Assembly: GCA_964199315.1 (NCBI GenBank) | Contig: OZ116699.1 | Location: 2,542,001 to 2,606,000 of the forward strand | DNA: 64,000 bases | Source of the DNA: Orbicella franksi | Taxonomy: Eukaryota | Direction of reading: 5' to 3' | Shown: positions 10,790-23,549 of the stretch, in pieces | How the letters are laid out: every line of letters begins with the position of its first letter | Position numbering within the stretch: the first letter of the stretch is position 1 | Made by a program: the position numbers and the translations under genes | Notes under the pieces: model-generated | The model's input: the letters and a program-made list of their open reading frames with translations, nothing else | Told to the model about the DNA's origin: nothing | Database searches by the model: none

Positions 10790-12113
10790 TTACAATACTG
10801 ACTGAGATCGCTGTGAAATTCTCTCTAGATCAGAAACGCAAGTCAGCTTCGATCCTGCGGGTTCGAAAACTTGAACAAGAAAATCCATGCATGTGAGGTG
10901 ATGCGAGCGAGGTGAAGTGACTGAAGGAGGGCTAGTGGATGGTAATGGATGGGGCCTTGCTGGAACAGAAGGCTTGGTAAGTGAAGAAATACTCACAATA
11001 ACTCTTGGTGGTTAATTGCCACCTATTCCCTAAAGATTCTATCGTCAGCGTTTTGTACGAACCTTCCCTTACTATAACTGGTAGTACAGTAAAATCCTAA
11101 ATTTCTTCACTACTGTTGACCCGCCTTTCCGTTTTCTCTTTTAAGCTGCTTGGTGTAAATCAATTTTTTTTATTTGCATCGGACTCTAAAAATGCTTCCA
11201 ATAAGTAAGCTTAAATCAGCTAACAAGCATTTGTTTTGCAATATAAAGCTTATGGCAGTAATACCTTAGGAATCGCATGGTGAAAGCGGTACAACCATTC
11301 AGTTTCCATCTCTCCGTGCGATTACAAATTTATCCACTGTGAATATTTCGTATCGATAGACTGTTATTAAATTATCTTGCTTCTCTAAGGTTTGCACTCT
11401 CAAGAAAAGCCAGTTTATACGCTGCGATTTTTTTTTTAAAACATGAATGGACACATCACAATCGTTTCAGAGTGAAGCTTATGACTCACAAAATATTGGG
11501 AAAATTTCGTGTTATGGAAGTGTAGATGAGAATTTTCCCGCCTTATAACTCAGACATTTAATAACATCACAAGAAATTCGGAGGCCATAGATTTTTGTTG
11601 ATTTTACCGTTGTATGCGCGCTTTGGCCATTCATACATGAACAACAAGCCTATGTAGTTACATGTAGAGAAACTTATTCCTTGTTGGTAGTGTACTTTCA
11701 TTTTCGATCGAATTATCAAGCATTCACTGTCCTTAAGCTTAACTATTTTTATTCCTTGTCGCGACACGCGTATGAAATAAATCCGTGATTATATCGTAAG
11801 CCGTCGACTGATGCCGCCATAGGCAATGATGTTAAAGGTCGTTTTCCCACGCTCAAGGCTAACCTGTATCTAATTTCTTGGCATCAAAGTTTTCTCTTCC
11901 TCTCGCTTTCATCAGATTACAGATCACTTTGTTTACTGTTAGCAGGGAAGAGACATGACTTGACAAAGGTTCAAGTCTCCTCTTCTCAGTTTTCACCAAG
12001 GTGACTTTGGAGTCTTGGATAAGTTTTTGGCATTTTGTTGGAACCATTGATCGCGGTAATACGATCGGCGCCCTCAAGTTGCCAATAATTTGTTTCTTCG
12101 CCGATCTTGACAT
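10790..12113 (-). CDS. Candidate 3-exon orphan gene (~137 aa), hypothetical
   Basis: Exons 12113-11864 (ATG to phase-1 GTTAGC donor), 11029-10997 (33 nt, GTGAGT donor) and 10920-10790 (to TAA) keep one frame. No recognisable domain. Confidence 0.3.
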
Positions 12114-15100
12114 TCCTTTCAGCGATAAAGCTCACAAGCTTTCGGCATTATTGGCTTACAAGCGTTCGTACATGCCGACGATGACAATGTACGCAAGAAA
12201 CTTTACAGCGTCAATTTCATTGTGAGCTTCATCCACGAAGACCTCGTGGCATTTGCATTTATGCATGCAGTGCTGTTGACCTAAGAGAGCTTAGTGAAAA
12301 CCCAGATTATTGAGTTAACAGCCAGAAAACCCTAAAAAGATGTGGTTGATTACGAAAAAAAATACGATTGCATTCTTCCGTGATGACTACAAAAATTGTT
12401 GTATTGTGGTTTGTGACAAGCCTAGGCTTGCATAGTCGAACATGTCTAAACAAACTACAGCCCACTATGGAGAAATTACTGGCTCGCTTTGCAAAACAAT
12501 CTTAAGCACCTTTGGGCTTGGTTCACTGCCCACGAATAATCAACTTGCCACCAATTGTTATCAAGTTATGCAGACCTCACTACATAAGCTTTTAAGTCAA
12601 CCATTTGCCATCTGGAGGTTTTGCAGCATTTTACAGCAAGATCCACTCCTTACTTTAAAGCTCTGTCCATATGCATTTGCATAATATATTGATTGAGAGT
12701 GAAAACTTTTAGGTATTATTGCCAAAAGTCGTGTTTGTGAAATGTTGGCACTACTCTGAAAAGTGTAGATTGTATTCTTCCGTGTTTTCTGGGAAAAGCC
12801 TTTTTTGCATGATGTAACTGTGCAACATAGTATTTCTCCTAAGGGACACAAGCACTTAGTCAACATTTTTGTTCATAAAGATTAAGAGGACAGGATGTTT
12901 TTACAAACTTGAGCAGGCTTGCATCCTGTGGGTTATCATGTTGGGTGTGGGGTATATATTTTAACAGCTATGTCATTTGTTAAACAATAATAATAGCTTT
13001 GCCTCTGCATGAAGCATAACTGGGATGTCTAAGAATCCAGTAGTGTCTTCAAAGTAAAATCACTATACGCAATAATCTGATTTGGACTTCCTAAACGTAC
13101 TCAAATTCTTAGTCTACATACCTTCTCTCTTGTGGTTTCCCTCATGCTTAGTGAGAATAAAGAGACGTGATCAAAGACCGATCAGCTGAAACTGTGTAGG
13201 ATACAGTATAGGGAATTTTTAAACTGATTTTTTTCATGCAAGTTTATAAGATCAGATGTTTGCATTGCCCAATAGAGTACATATGTTCTGGGATAGATAT
13301 ATATCATCTTATTACATTCCTGATCGTCAGGCTACATGTTCATCCATATAGGGACAGAAATCTCCGAGCCAAACCTTAATCTTTCACTTGTACTTTAGTT
13401 GCTGTAAATCTACTACTAGTCATCATTTACCACAGTGGTGTAAAGTTATAATGATCAAATGCAGGAACAGGCATCTCTAAGCCTTACTTTATCAATAGCC
13501 ACAAGGTTGGTAAATTTGTTCGTAAACTTGTAATTGTACCCATGCACAGATATAAAACAATTCAGAGATAGTTGTCAGCCCACATTTAATAGTCACTTTA
13601 TTGGTGACTTTGTGATTTTAATACACCAATATGTACAAGATAATTAGTAATTACTCCTACACCATTTGTAGACCATTCATGCCACCAGACAGCTAATCAG
13701 TCATCTGCCTTGTGTTAATGGGCCTAGCATAAAAGTGCCTAGTTTCCGTCTTTTAACTTCTCTGTCATGGATCAAGGTTAGAGCTGTAGAGCACTAACAA
13801 TATCGCAGGAGGTAAACCCCATACTTTTGCTTATATAACGTATAAATTTCTTTGTATTTTATTTCAAAACTAAAACGAAGCATTTTCATTGTTGATTTGA
13901 TTAGGTGACCTTTTAATTCAACTTTGTTTGTGTTTGGGTGTAAAACAAATCAGTAAAGCAACAACTAAGTATTTTCATTCATTGAATCTATTTACGTAGT
14001 ATTTTATTTGGGTTTTTTGTTGGTTATCAAAATGTTTCTCTGACCCTGGTTAGTATAAACAGAGTAGGATTTCTACATGCTAAAGAGCTACAGAGCTATT
14101 GAAGGACAAGTCCAGCATTGTTTCTTTTAGTGCAGTTCTAGTTTTTACGAACACCAGATGAACTTATGACCCAGCTCCCCGGCTGTTCCTATCTAATTCC
14201 AATCAAGACATCATGGTATCTATCTCTATATACACACAACTGTGTGTGTGTAACATGATGTGTGCAGTTGTATTTTAGCTGCAAAGTTCAATACTATTAA
14301 AGCTTGTTTTTATGCACAAGTTATTGTCGCTATGTTTTAAACACATTGGTTGAATGCTTTTAGCTGTGTGTATGTCAAGTTCTAGATGCACTTGAGACAT
14401 TTGGAGAGCAACTCTTATGCTTCTCTCATGCTCTCCAAAATTCCCACATGCATCCACAAGTTAGTATACACACACTAAGCATGAACCAATTCTTAATCCT
14501 AAAAACCCAACCTTTCAAGGTAATGCTATTAAGTGGTACACTCCTGTAGTGCTCCTAAAAGTGAAAACTTTTCGATTGTAAAAACAATTTGTAGTCAAGC
14601 ACTTTCAGGAGGTGCAGGGATAAAGTGGAAAAGATCTTGTTAGTAGGCCAGTCTGCAACTTGTTAACTCTTATGCCCATTTAAGAAATTCAAATACTTGT
14701 GGCAGTTACTGAGATCTTTGTTTCATGTTCACCAGGTGAAACCCTCTTCACCCCTCACCACCTCCTTCTTTTTCTCTTTCCCACCCTACCCTTAAAAAAG
14801 TAAATATACAGTATGAAAGTTCACATGCTGCAGCCTTTAACTCTTGAAGTCTTTTAGCTATTAAGAACATGATTTTTTATAATACAATAAGCACACTAGA
14901 TCCGTGAACGCTTGACATTTTTGTTGTACATTTGTTATGACTGTAGAATAAAGGTTCTTCTTATAATGTATATTGTTGGCACTTTTTAGGTGTAAAAATG
15001 CTAAATACTCTTGTTTAAAGGAAGGGCCTGCATTCTATGGGCACTAAAAAAATGTACAAAAAAGTAACAAGTCTTCATGATTCAAGTGCCCTCATTGTTA

Positions 15101-15194
15101 AAAGAAAAAATCTTTCCTCATTGAAAACAAATTTCTTAATCAGTTAATCCATGTTTAATACTATAGCTAGACACATTTTTATTTCTCTTATCAG

Positions 15195-18100
15195 TGGGAT
15201 ACTGATTGCGCCGCAGTGTGACAGTTCCGACAATGAGCAAGGTAAATATTTCTGTTGAATCAAAGGTCTATGCCATATACATCTAGTTAATGATCATCAG
15301 AGGTACATACAATACCTTGGTCACACACATAAATCGTACATGGCACTTACTGTCAGTACTACTTTTGGTTTCTGAAAGAAGAACATTGCTGCTTCCTCTT
15401 GGGATGGCAATCGCATCTACTTTAGCCCCTATCCCAATTTACTACTCTGTTACACCCCAAGTATACCTGAACAATTAAAGAGACTGTGTGGGTGAAGTTT
15501 GCTCAAAAGGATATATCTGACTTATTGCAAGTTAGCAAATATGGGGTGCCAAACTCTTCTTTAGACCTTCAAAAATGGACATTAAACCATAGAAAGTTTA
15601 GATGTGTGTGTGTGTGTGTGTGTTTTTGTTTCGTTTTTTAAATTCCTGACAAATACTCCTTTAGAAATATTTCCAGTTGTTGAAAACATTTTATATCTGA
15701 AATTTTATGAAATTAGATTTTATTATTAAGGGGTCATTGAAAAAACAATTGACATGGAAATTGAGCCTGAAGCTAGGTTGACCCCACAAAGAATGTTAAT
15801 GTTGAATTCAAGTTTTTCAGGACTTTCATCACTCAGTTAATGATAGCTGTTTTGATTATTTGAAGGATCCATTTGAGCATTACAGTAAAAATCAAAGACC
15901 AATGCCTAAGTTTTGTCCGAAATCACGACAATAATATACCCCATAATGAAGTGAAGTTCAATTCTTCAGAAAATTTGGAACTAACTATTCTATTCTATTC
16001 TTTATATTGGCGTGGTAATATATTAGGAGAGAGGTTTCATGACCACGACTACATTTTAGATATTAAATACAGTATTATTATCTCAAAATTACACAGGAAA
16101 TTTTTATAGCAGCCCTAAGAAGCCATACAGGAAACGGAAAAGGGAATCTTTGTCAGGTAACTTGAAATCCTATGCTATGTTATGCCTGGATCTGTAGCAG
16201 AAAATAATGTTCGTATTACATTATGTTAAACAGTCTCCACAATAGGAGAGATTGAAATGGCATTTTTTAATGTTAAATGTTTGTTTTCTAAGCTCATAAT
16301 AGATTTCTTCCAGACATTATCAGGCATTGTGCCAGTCAGGTTTGAAACTTGAGCAAACTATAGTGACCTTGCTGTACTTGACACTAGCATAAGATGATAT
16401 AGCAAAGTGGGTTAATTTACCCCACCTCCAAGATAAGGGCCTGGGCTCTAGAGTATCATTTGACATTGTTCCATCTTGTACTTGTTTAGTTCATTCATCA
16501 TTCCATGATTAAATGCATTCTTGTGAAATGGATGGACTTCTATCTATGTAATAGCTTATTACTGGACTCTCTTTTGGGTCATATTGCTGCATTTCAGCTT
16601 TAAAAATGTTGTAAAATTCAAACTGCAGTGTTAAGTGTTTTGTCTATTTTTCCTGTGCAGATGTTTTTGGTGTAAAAGGCAGTTACAGTCCTCATCGGCA
16701 GATTCCATGGTGCTTGGGGTTCAGGTCAGCAGGAGCATCAGAGAGCGAGAGCGACCTGTCAGAGCAATCCAACACGGTGTACTTTGTCAAAGGCTATGAT
16801 TCTGCTGTGACTGCCACTGTAACTGACTCTGAGGACGACCTGTTTTTTCTCAGTGGTAAGTACAGAGTCCCTTCTCAAAGTTTCAAAGTGAGAATTAAAG
16901 AAAGTGAAAAGTAGGCATACATGCAGGCATGTATCTGGGTAGAATGACCTAGATTCATGCCATACATTTCCCTCATGAAGTTGAAAATGGCAAATCTCTA
17001 CTTGGGGTTCTACAATAATGTGCATCTCCTAACTTTGTAGACAAATTAATTTTCCAAGTAAGTCATTTTTAGCATTCCAGAATCTGCTTTAACCTAAGTG
17101 AGGAAAACACATAAGCAGCTGCAACTTTCCCGATTGAAAAATGTTCTGTTTTACTGATTTGTTGCATTTAGAAACAGTGGAATATGAGCCACCTGATTCT
17201 GATAGTGATGAAGTAGAAGAAGAGGAAGAGGAAGATGAAGAAGATGACAGTACGTGACAAGTAGATGCACTTGTTCATACAGTAAACAATGAATCTGGGC
17301 TCTCTTGCAAGAAGAACAAATCATCAGGATGTTCTAAACTTAAGCAGAAAGCATACCTTAAATCCTTGAATTAGCGCACCCCCCTCGAATAAGCGCCCCC
17401 TTCGAATAAGCACCCCTCCTATTGGCCGAAATTTAAAATAAGCGCCTCCCCCTCCCCTCCCCTCCCCCCATTTTGTCAATGAGTAATGAGACAACAGAGG
17501 ACGTATAGTTTTCGTCATGTAGTATCAGATTTGTACATTGTTTCAGTTTGTGAACACTTTTAGGGAACACGTTAAACACATTAAGTACTAAACTTTGAGA
17601 TCAGCTGTTTCAGTAATAAATAAATAAATAAATGTTGCTGTTTATGCACGGATGATGTATTAAAAAAATGATCATGTCAGGCCACGATTTAGGAAAAATT
17701 AAATAAGCGCCTGCCCCCCCCCCCCTCGAATAAGCGTCCGTGTCTTCTCCTAAATTTGAAATAAGTGCCCCAGGCACTAATTTGAGGATTTACAATATTT
17801 CCTTGAGTATTCAACACTGACTTTGTCATTACAACTTTAGTGAGTTGTGTTAAAGATAAAGCAATGAAACTTGCAAATACTACCAGAGGCCAAAATATAT
17901 CTTGTACAGAAGAAACTTCCCCTTTTGGGGGCTATTTTCCTATTCCACACAATATGGCTTTTTTATGGCCTTACTTGCAATGTTTTTTTTTTTGTATTTT
18001 TTATCTGAATTAGTTGTTATTAGCTCAGACGAGGAAGATCCTGGCGCTGAAGGCGGAGACGAATATGAAGGTGACAGGGAGTCTGATTCTGAAATTGACG

Positions 18101-19036
18101 AAGATGACTTGTGGGCATGCTCACAATGTAACTTGAAAAACCATCCAATGTCACGCCAGTGTGCTCGTTGCTGGACAGAGCGACATGAGTGGCTTCCTCA
18201 CTTGAAAAGGCAAGTGTACTTTGCAGTGTATTCAAATCCTTTCATAAGCAATTCAGTGTTTACTTTGTAGGAATATTTATAATTATCCCTACAGCATCAA
18301 TACATTTAACATGCAGGTAAATGCCAAAATATCTTATTAATGTTTGGGAGTCATTAACAAAAAGAGCTATTTTGGACTAAAAACTATTTCAGGAGTATTT
18401 TGAATATCAAAGGGACTAGTCAAATTATATAAGGGAGGGAGTTCTCAAAAAAAAGCTTGTAGTGGACAAAGTTTTGTTACTTATATTTGGTTAAAGTAGA
18501 TGCCTGTGGAAGTGTGCAGAACTCAGGAATGAATTAATTGTCTACTTTTTTTTTTCAGCAGGTTGGCTTCAGAACCTGCCATGAATTTGTCAAGAGTAAC
18601 AGACATGCCTAGGTCGCCATCCCTCCAAAAATCATCATCACTTGCTGTTGCGCCAACGATAGAAAATCCTTGCTCATCATCATTAGATTTAGTAACACTC
18701 AAGCAACAAGACAATTCTGATTCATTTGTTACAGGTTCCTCTGCATCAGCAGAGGGGAATTCTCAAGGACAATCACATTCCACAAGACAAGTATCAAGTA
18801 CTGAAAATGCTGAACAGACTATAACACAACACTCTGAAACTAAACCCTCTGAGCCAGCTTTTACACCAGACTTGTGCGTCATTTGCTTGACACAACCTCG
18901 AAATGCAAGCATTGTTCACGGACGTACCGGTCATCAAGTATGCTGCATTGGTTGTGCAGAGAGACTAAAGGAAGGTAAAAAGAAATGCCCTGTTTGCCGC
19001 AAGAAAATCAAGCTTGTGGTGAAAAACTTCTTCTAG
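15195..19036 (+). CDS. Mdm2/Mdm4-family RING E3 ubiquitin ligase (start codon not located)
   Basis: Exons 15195-15241, 15731-15776, 16110-16156 (these three less certain), 16661-16855, 17172-17249, 18014-18209, 18562-19036. Features: basic NLS-like KKPYRKRKRES, acidic tract, RanBP2 zinc finger WACSQCNLKNHPMSRQCARCW, and C-terminal Mdm-type RING CVICLTQPRNASIVHGRTGHQVCCIGCAERLKEGKKKCPVCRKKIKLVVKNFF. Confidence 0.93.
15603..15623. repeat. (GT)n microsatellite
   Basis: About 10 tandem GT units. Confidence 0.85.
17356..17795. mobile_element. Decayed TA-CCGTA-type MITE in an Mdm intron
   Basis: Degenerate TIRs ccttaaatccttgaattagcgc / gcactaatttgaggatttacaa flanked by TA. At least five internal AATAAGCGCC-like motifs. 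Confidence 0.65.
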
Positions 19037-19919
19037 TTGATGTACATCTCTTTCAAGACCTTTTATCTCACTGGCAGAATTTTTATGTACATGTACTGTG
19101 CATGTGTTGAAATTCTGTACAGAGTTCCATTTGTATTCCAGGGCACAGTTGGTAATGTAGGTCTATTGTATAGTTTGACTCATGCTTAACTACATGTATA
19201 CTTCCCTCTTATTAGCACTCAACTCAAGACAACTGTTCTTTTCCCTTCTCAACTAAGAATGTTAACACACCATACACACATTTTCCACTCATGTGAATTT
19301 TTCCACTTATCAGAGAGTACTTCATTTTATTTTCCAACGGTAATTTAATTGCCGAAATGTTTCAAACTACTACTACATGTAACCTAAAAGGTTATTTTCA
19401 AACGGGCATTTTCTTTAATTTGAATTTGCAAACAAGCTAAGATACAGCATGGCAGTCATGTCCAGATGCCAAGGTTGATGACAGGACCATTTCTTGTGAA
19501 CCCTTGTATGTACGTAGGCTGGCTGGTTCCCCTTTGGATTTCCTTGTTGTGAGACGCCTTGAAGGCATTTCCCTTAGCCTGCTCTGCTAGGATAGCATCA
19601 TAAAGTCCACCATCATGGGTCCCTCCCATATGTTTGATTTAGTATCTCATGTGACTTCAGAAATAAGCAGAAGACAACACAAAATATTCCAAAACAGTAA
19701 AGGTATGCTAAAATGGTGCCATACCTACAAAGTTGCTGAAGAAAGTATAAAATATCAACAAAATGGCAAATAATGACTGCTTGTCAAAACTTGGTGGCTA
19801 TGGCAGCTTCGTGACCTGTGGGCAAGCGGTTAGATGATCATCCAAGTCTGAGTGAGTTGTGGAGGGGAGGGGTGCATCTCTTCTTTTATTTAGGTTAGGA
19901 TGAACATGTAGTGCTCATG

Positions 19920-20280
19920 TTATGTGGCTGGGGAAGCCACTTTACTCTCACTGTGCCTCTCTCCACCCTGGTATTGCACATCAAAGAGGTAGATCTGAGT
20001 GTGTATATTTTTTGAAGTGGCCATATTAGAGGTAGAGATCTTGTGAATTCTGATTTTGCTGGGACCAAGGGAACTGTCAGAAATATAGAGGTGTCTGTAT
20101 TATGGAGAGGTTTGCCTGTCATTGGATACCAAAAACTGTTAGGGTATCCTGACAATTGCTTTGGGGGGGTGGGGGCGGTAACCTCAGTGTTGTGGACTGG
20201 CAGGGAAGTAGATATAGTCATGATCACTATGGAAACAAATGACAAGTGTTGGCCCTATGATTCCATAAGGATTTTCTGAA
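19920..20280 (+). mobile_element. Decayed SINE remnant, apparently interrupted by a second short element
   Basis: ccactttactctcactgtgcctctctccaccctggt matches the SINE at 32986-33295. SINE-like sequence resumes near 20110. Confidence 0.45.
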
Positions 20281-23226
20281 TATCTAAATAACTGATAGGG
20301 TATTCTAGTGATCACTGGTTTAGTTTCATAACTGACCTCCATGTACAGTGGATAATTTAACTGAGTAGTAATAATTTAAAAACATCGATCAGCAAGACAG
20401 GACAGCCATGGGTATTAAATAATATTATATTAAGTATTGCATAAAATTATGTTTTAAACATTGATGTAGTTTCCATGTGGGAACACATTACATAATCTTA
20501 TTGCTTTATTTGTTTTTGAGAATTTTGTTTATCGTGAATGACTGGCTTAAATTAAGCAAAGTTTTTGTAAACGTTCTTGAAAACTTTCAAATGGTAGATA
20601 ACTCAATATAATTTTTTTATCATAGATATTTAAAAGTATCAATCTGATCAGTAAGCTGTGTACGTATGGTGTATACCGGTATACCGGTATACAACACCTG
20701 ACAAACAACCACACAGCGCTAGTTGTATTTGGGATATTTTGGAGCATACATTTTTTGGATTAAGAAACATGAAAGGCATCTAGCTTTTATAGAATTTGCA
20801 GCTGTATAACATTTTTAACTGAAGAATTATTTTTTAGTCAAAATGTCAACAATCAACAAGAGTATTTTTAGTGTCTTTTTATTTCTTTTGTTTTGTTTTG
20901 TTTCTTTGACCCAGTTTAATCTGCTGGTTGAAACATAGGTAAAATTATTAACTCACTGATGTTGTATTGGATATACGTGTAAGTGAGGCTCCATCCATGT
21001 TCCAGTAGAGAACAAAATTAACTAAATACTTTTTTACAGTACTTCACAAGTTTTGTTGGTTCACAGTGAATCCCATTAATTGGAATAATAACTCCTTTGT
21101 CAAATTGAGTCAAGATAAAATAGAAAGTTGAAAGTTCTTGTCTTGGAATACATCCTGAGAAACAAGAGACCATCTCAAAGAAAATGCTGTATGCTGTATT
21201 AGAGTAATGTAGCTCGCAAATTAAAACTTGTTGAATTCAGGGGTATGTCAAAAGCAAATGCATTATCAAGCATTGCGCACCTCGACAGAAATATATGTGC
21301 TAATTGCTACATCAGACATTTCATGGAGTACATATCAACATGAACGCAAACCTCTTTCGTTGTAAATGGAGTTTTCAAGAATTTGCTCTTTTTTAAGAGG
21401 CTCACAAGTATTATTTATTATAAGATGTAATTCATTTTATAGATATTAATAGGTGTTACATGTACATAGTTTGGATGATAGCTTTGAGCAATTTTTTCCT
21501 TTGATTTCATATCACTCATGAGAATGCCTTTGTAAGGTTAATTGTGTACACCGCGTTATGGAAATGTTTTTCATTTTTGGGTTTCTTGTTTATATCAGCA
21601 AATCTCGGATTGCTACATTTTGTTTTTAAAACTTAATGCATTATGTGGCAATTCAACATTTGCTGCTCAGTTTGTGAATCAAATCTATAGAAATCATGGT
21701 AATATTCATCTAGATGATAGGACTTGGTATGGTGCAACCTCAAACATGCTCCGTTTAGTGAAGCAGAATTCAGTTTCTCCGAATATTTGGTTGCACTGTA
21801 TGAAAAAGTTCTCAAGGACTTAAAGAATAAATTTACAGTGCAGTTCAACATTATGTGTACTGTAAAGTTCTTTTTTAAATAGTTTGCAGGTAATGCATTT
21901 TAATTGGTTTAGTTTCAAGTAGTACCAACGTGAGATATGAAATATATTTTTAAGTGATAGATTCATGAGGACAAAATATATATTTTGTTATGTATAGTGT
22001 AACACAAGCTAGTTGACAGAACTTTACTGTAATGTAGAGAGTACAAAGTGTCAACTTGGCGTGGCTGAACTGTCTTGCTGATAAACATGAATTAATTTAT
22101 TATCACTGTCTCTAATGGAATAATAAGTTAAGGTATGCAAATTGACCTTTTTAGGTCCTAGTTCAAACTATTTTCCTTAAGGCCGCCATACATGTTTTTT
22201 TTGTTAGCACAATGTCCTGATTTAACGCGAGTTAAATGCTGCAAAAGTTTAATTTTCGCGGAATAAATGAACACTTATGCTTTGTCTAATTTCAGTACGA
22301 TGAAAAGGTGATTCCAAACTGAGAATCGTTTTTGTTAGGTCTTTGACGTGTAATGAACACAACCAAAATTGTAGATGTCAAAGGAACGATTGGGCCGAAG
22401 AAATTACCTCCTTGGTGATTGAGCGAAAGCAGAAAGGCAATATATTTTGTTTTGATTGCCCTTGGCATAGTCTACAGCTGACAGATATTAACAGGTCAAC
22501 GTTAGAATTTGAACGGAGTTTCAACTTAGGGTGCAAAACGTTTTAGAAAGGATGTGTTCTGTAGATGTAGGCTGTGTTGGTGAGAACGAATTTTAGCTAT
22601 TTCCTGTTGTTTGTAGAACTCGCAGAGGCCTTGCTAGAACAAAAGCTCTCCCACAAAAGCCTTTTCATTTGTGACGGTATTAGATGCAACCAGAGGAACG
22701 ACAAGACAGTTTAGCATTCCAACTAGTTACATAACTTTGCATTGCAAGGCCTCTGTATTACATGGACAGTTAGTTTCTACTTTTGCCTTTCTTTCTGGCA
22801 AGCATTCCAGTGTTTTGAATGTTCTTTACACGAAGAATACAACATTACAACCACCATTGTTTTACAGGAAGCCGCAAGTATTGTTTTGTTTGCTGTCATT
22901 TCTGTCTGTTGTCAACAGCATGAAAACCTTTTTGTCTTTGTGTTGGAGACATTAATAAACTTGAAGCGTGGTGGAACGTATCTCAAATGTGCGTGATTTA
23001 TGCTTCATTGTAGAGTTTGACGAACGAGAAACTTTGACGTTTTGTGAGAATTTCCACAACTTTTTTTAGCTCCACCGAACTTTTTCCGATGACGTGTAAT
23101 TTCTGTGGGCTATTTTGTAAACTTTTAAAAAGTAATTCGCTATAAATATTGTAGCAATATGATCTTCAGAGTGAGCATTCATCGCTGTCGTGAATTTGGA
23201 AACGTTGGCAACGGTTAGCCTTATTA

Positions 23227-23315
23227 TAAAGCCCTGGCCAAACCGACTCGCAAGTAGACGCAAGTTGAAAACTTGGGTCCATTGCTACTTGCAAGTCCGT
23301 TTGGCCACGGCTTTA
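23227..23315. repeat. Short palindromic (hairpin) MITE
   Basis: Arms taaagccctggccaaaccgactcgcaagtag / ctacttgcaagtccgtttggccacggcttta. Confidence 0.8.
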
Positions 23316-23458
23316 GTTAGAGCACTATTTGAACAACAAAACAAAATCTTTACAATCTTTTCCCACGCCCTTATCCTGTTTGACTTCCAATTCTTTCCTT
23401 TTTCTGACTGGGGCGCGACAGGTCAAGTGTACGTGACGTCACTATCGCGAGCTCATTA

Positions 23459-23549
23459 CATCCTCGTTGCCAGGCTCTCTCCTCTGCCTCCCTTGGTCGT
23501 TGGAAACGAACAAGGGAGGCAGAGGACAGAGAGCCTGGCAACGACGTTG
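23459..23549. repeat. Short hairpin element, CAACCTCGTTCCCAGG family
   Basis: Arms ctcgttgccaggctctctcctctgcctcccttg / caagggaggcagaggacagagagcctggcaacgacg. Related to 50227-50299 and 50623-50685. Confidence 0.8.

Noticed and set aside
10939-10982. Plus-strand ATG...TG|GTAAGT as a possible first Mdm exon
   Set aside because: The phase fits exon 15195, but it is only 12 codons with no homology support and lies more than 1 kb upstream of the presumed promoter. It cannot be supported.
12220-12245. Minus-strand VFVDEAH resembling a helicase DEAH box
   Set aside because: The frame has stops close by and no other helicase motifs. It lies in probable promoter or UTR sequence.
14736-14795. AG|VKPSSPL resembling the MDM2 SWIB start VRPKPLL
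   Set aside because: It runs into a pyrimidine tract and a stop, with no further SWIB similarity.
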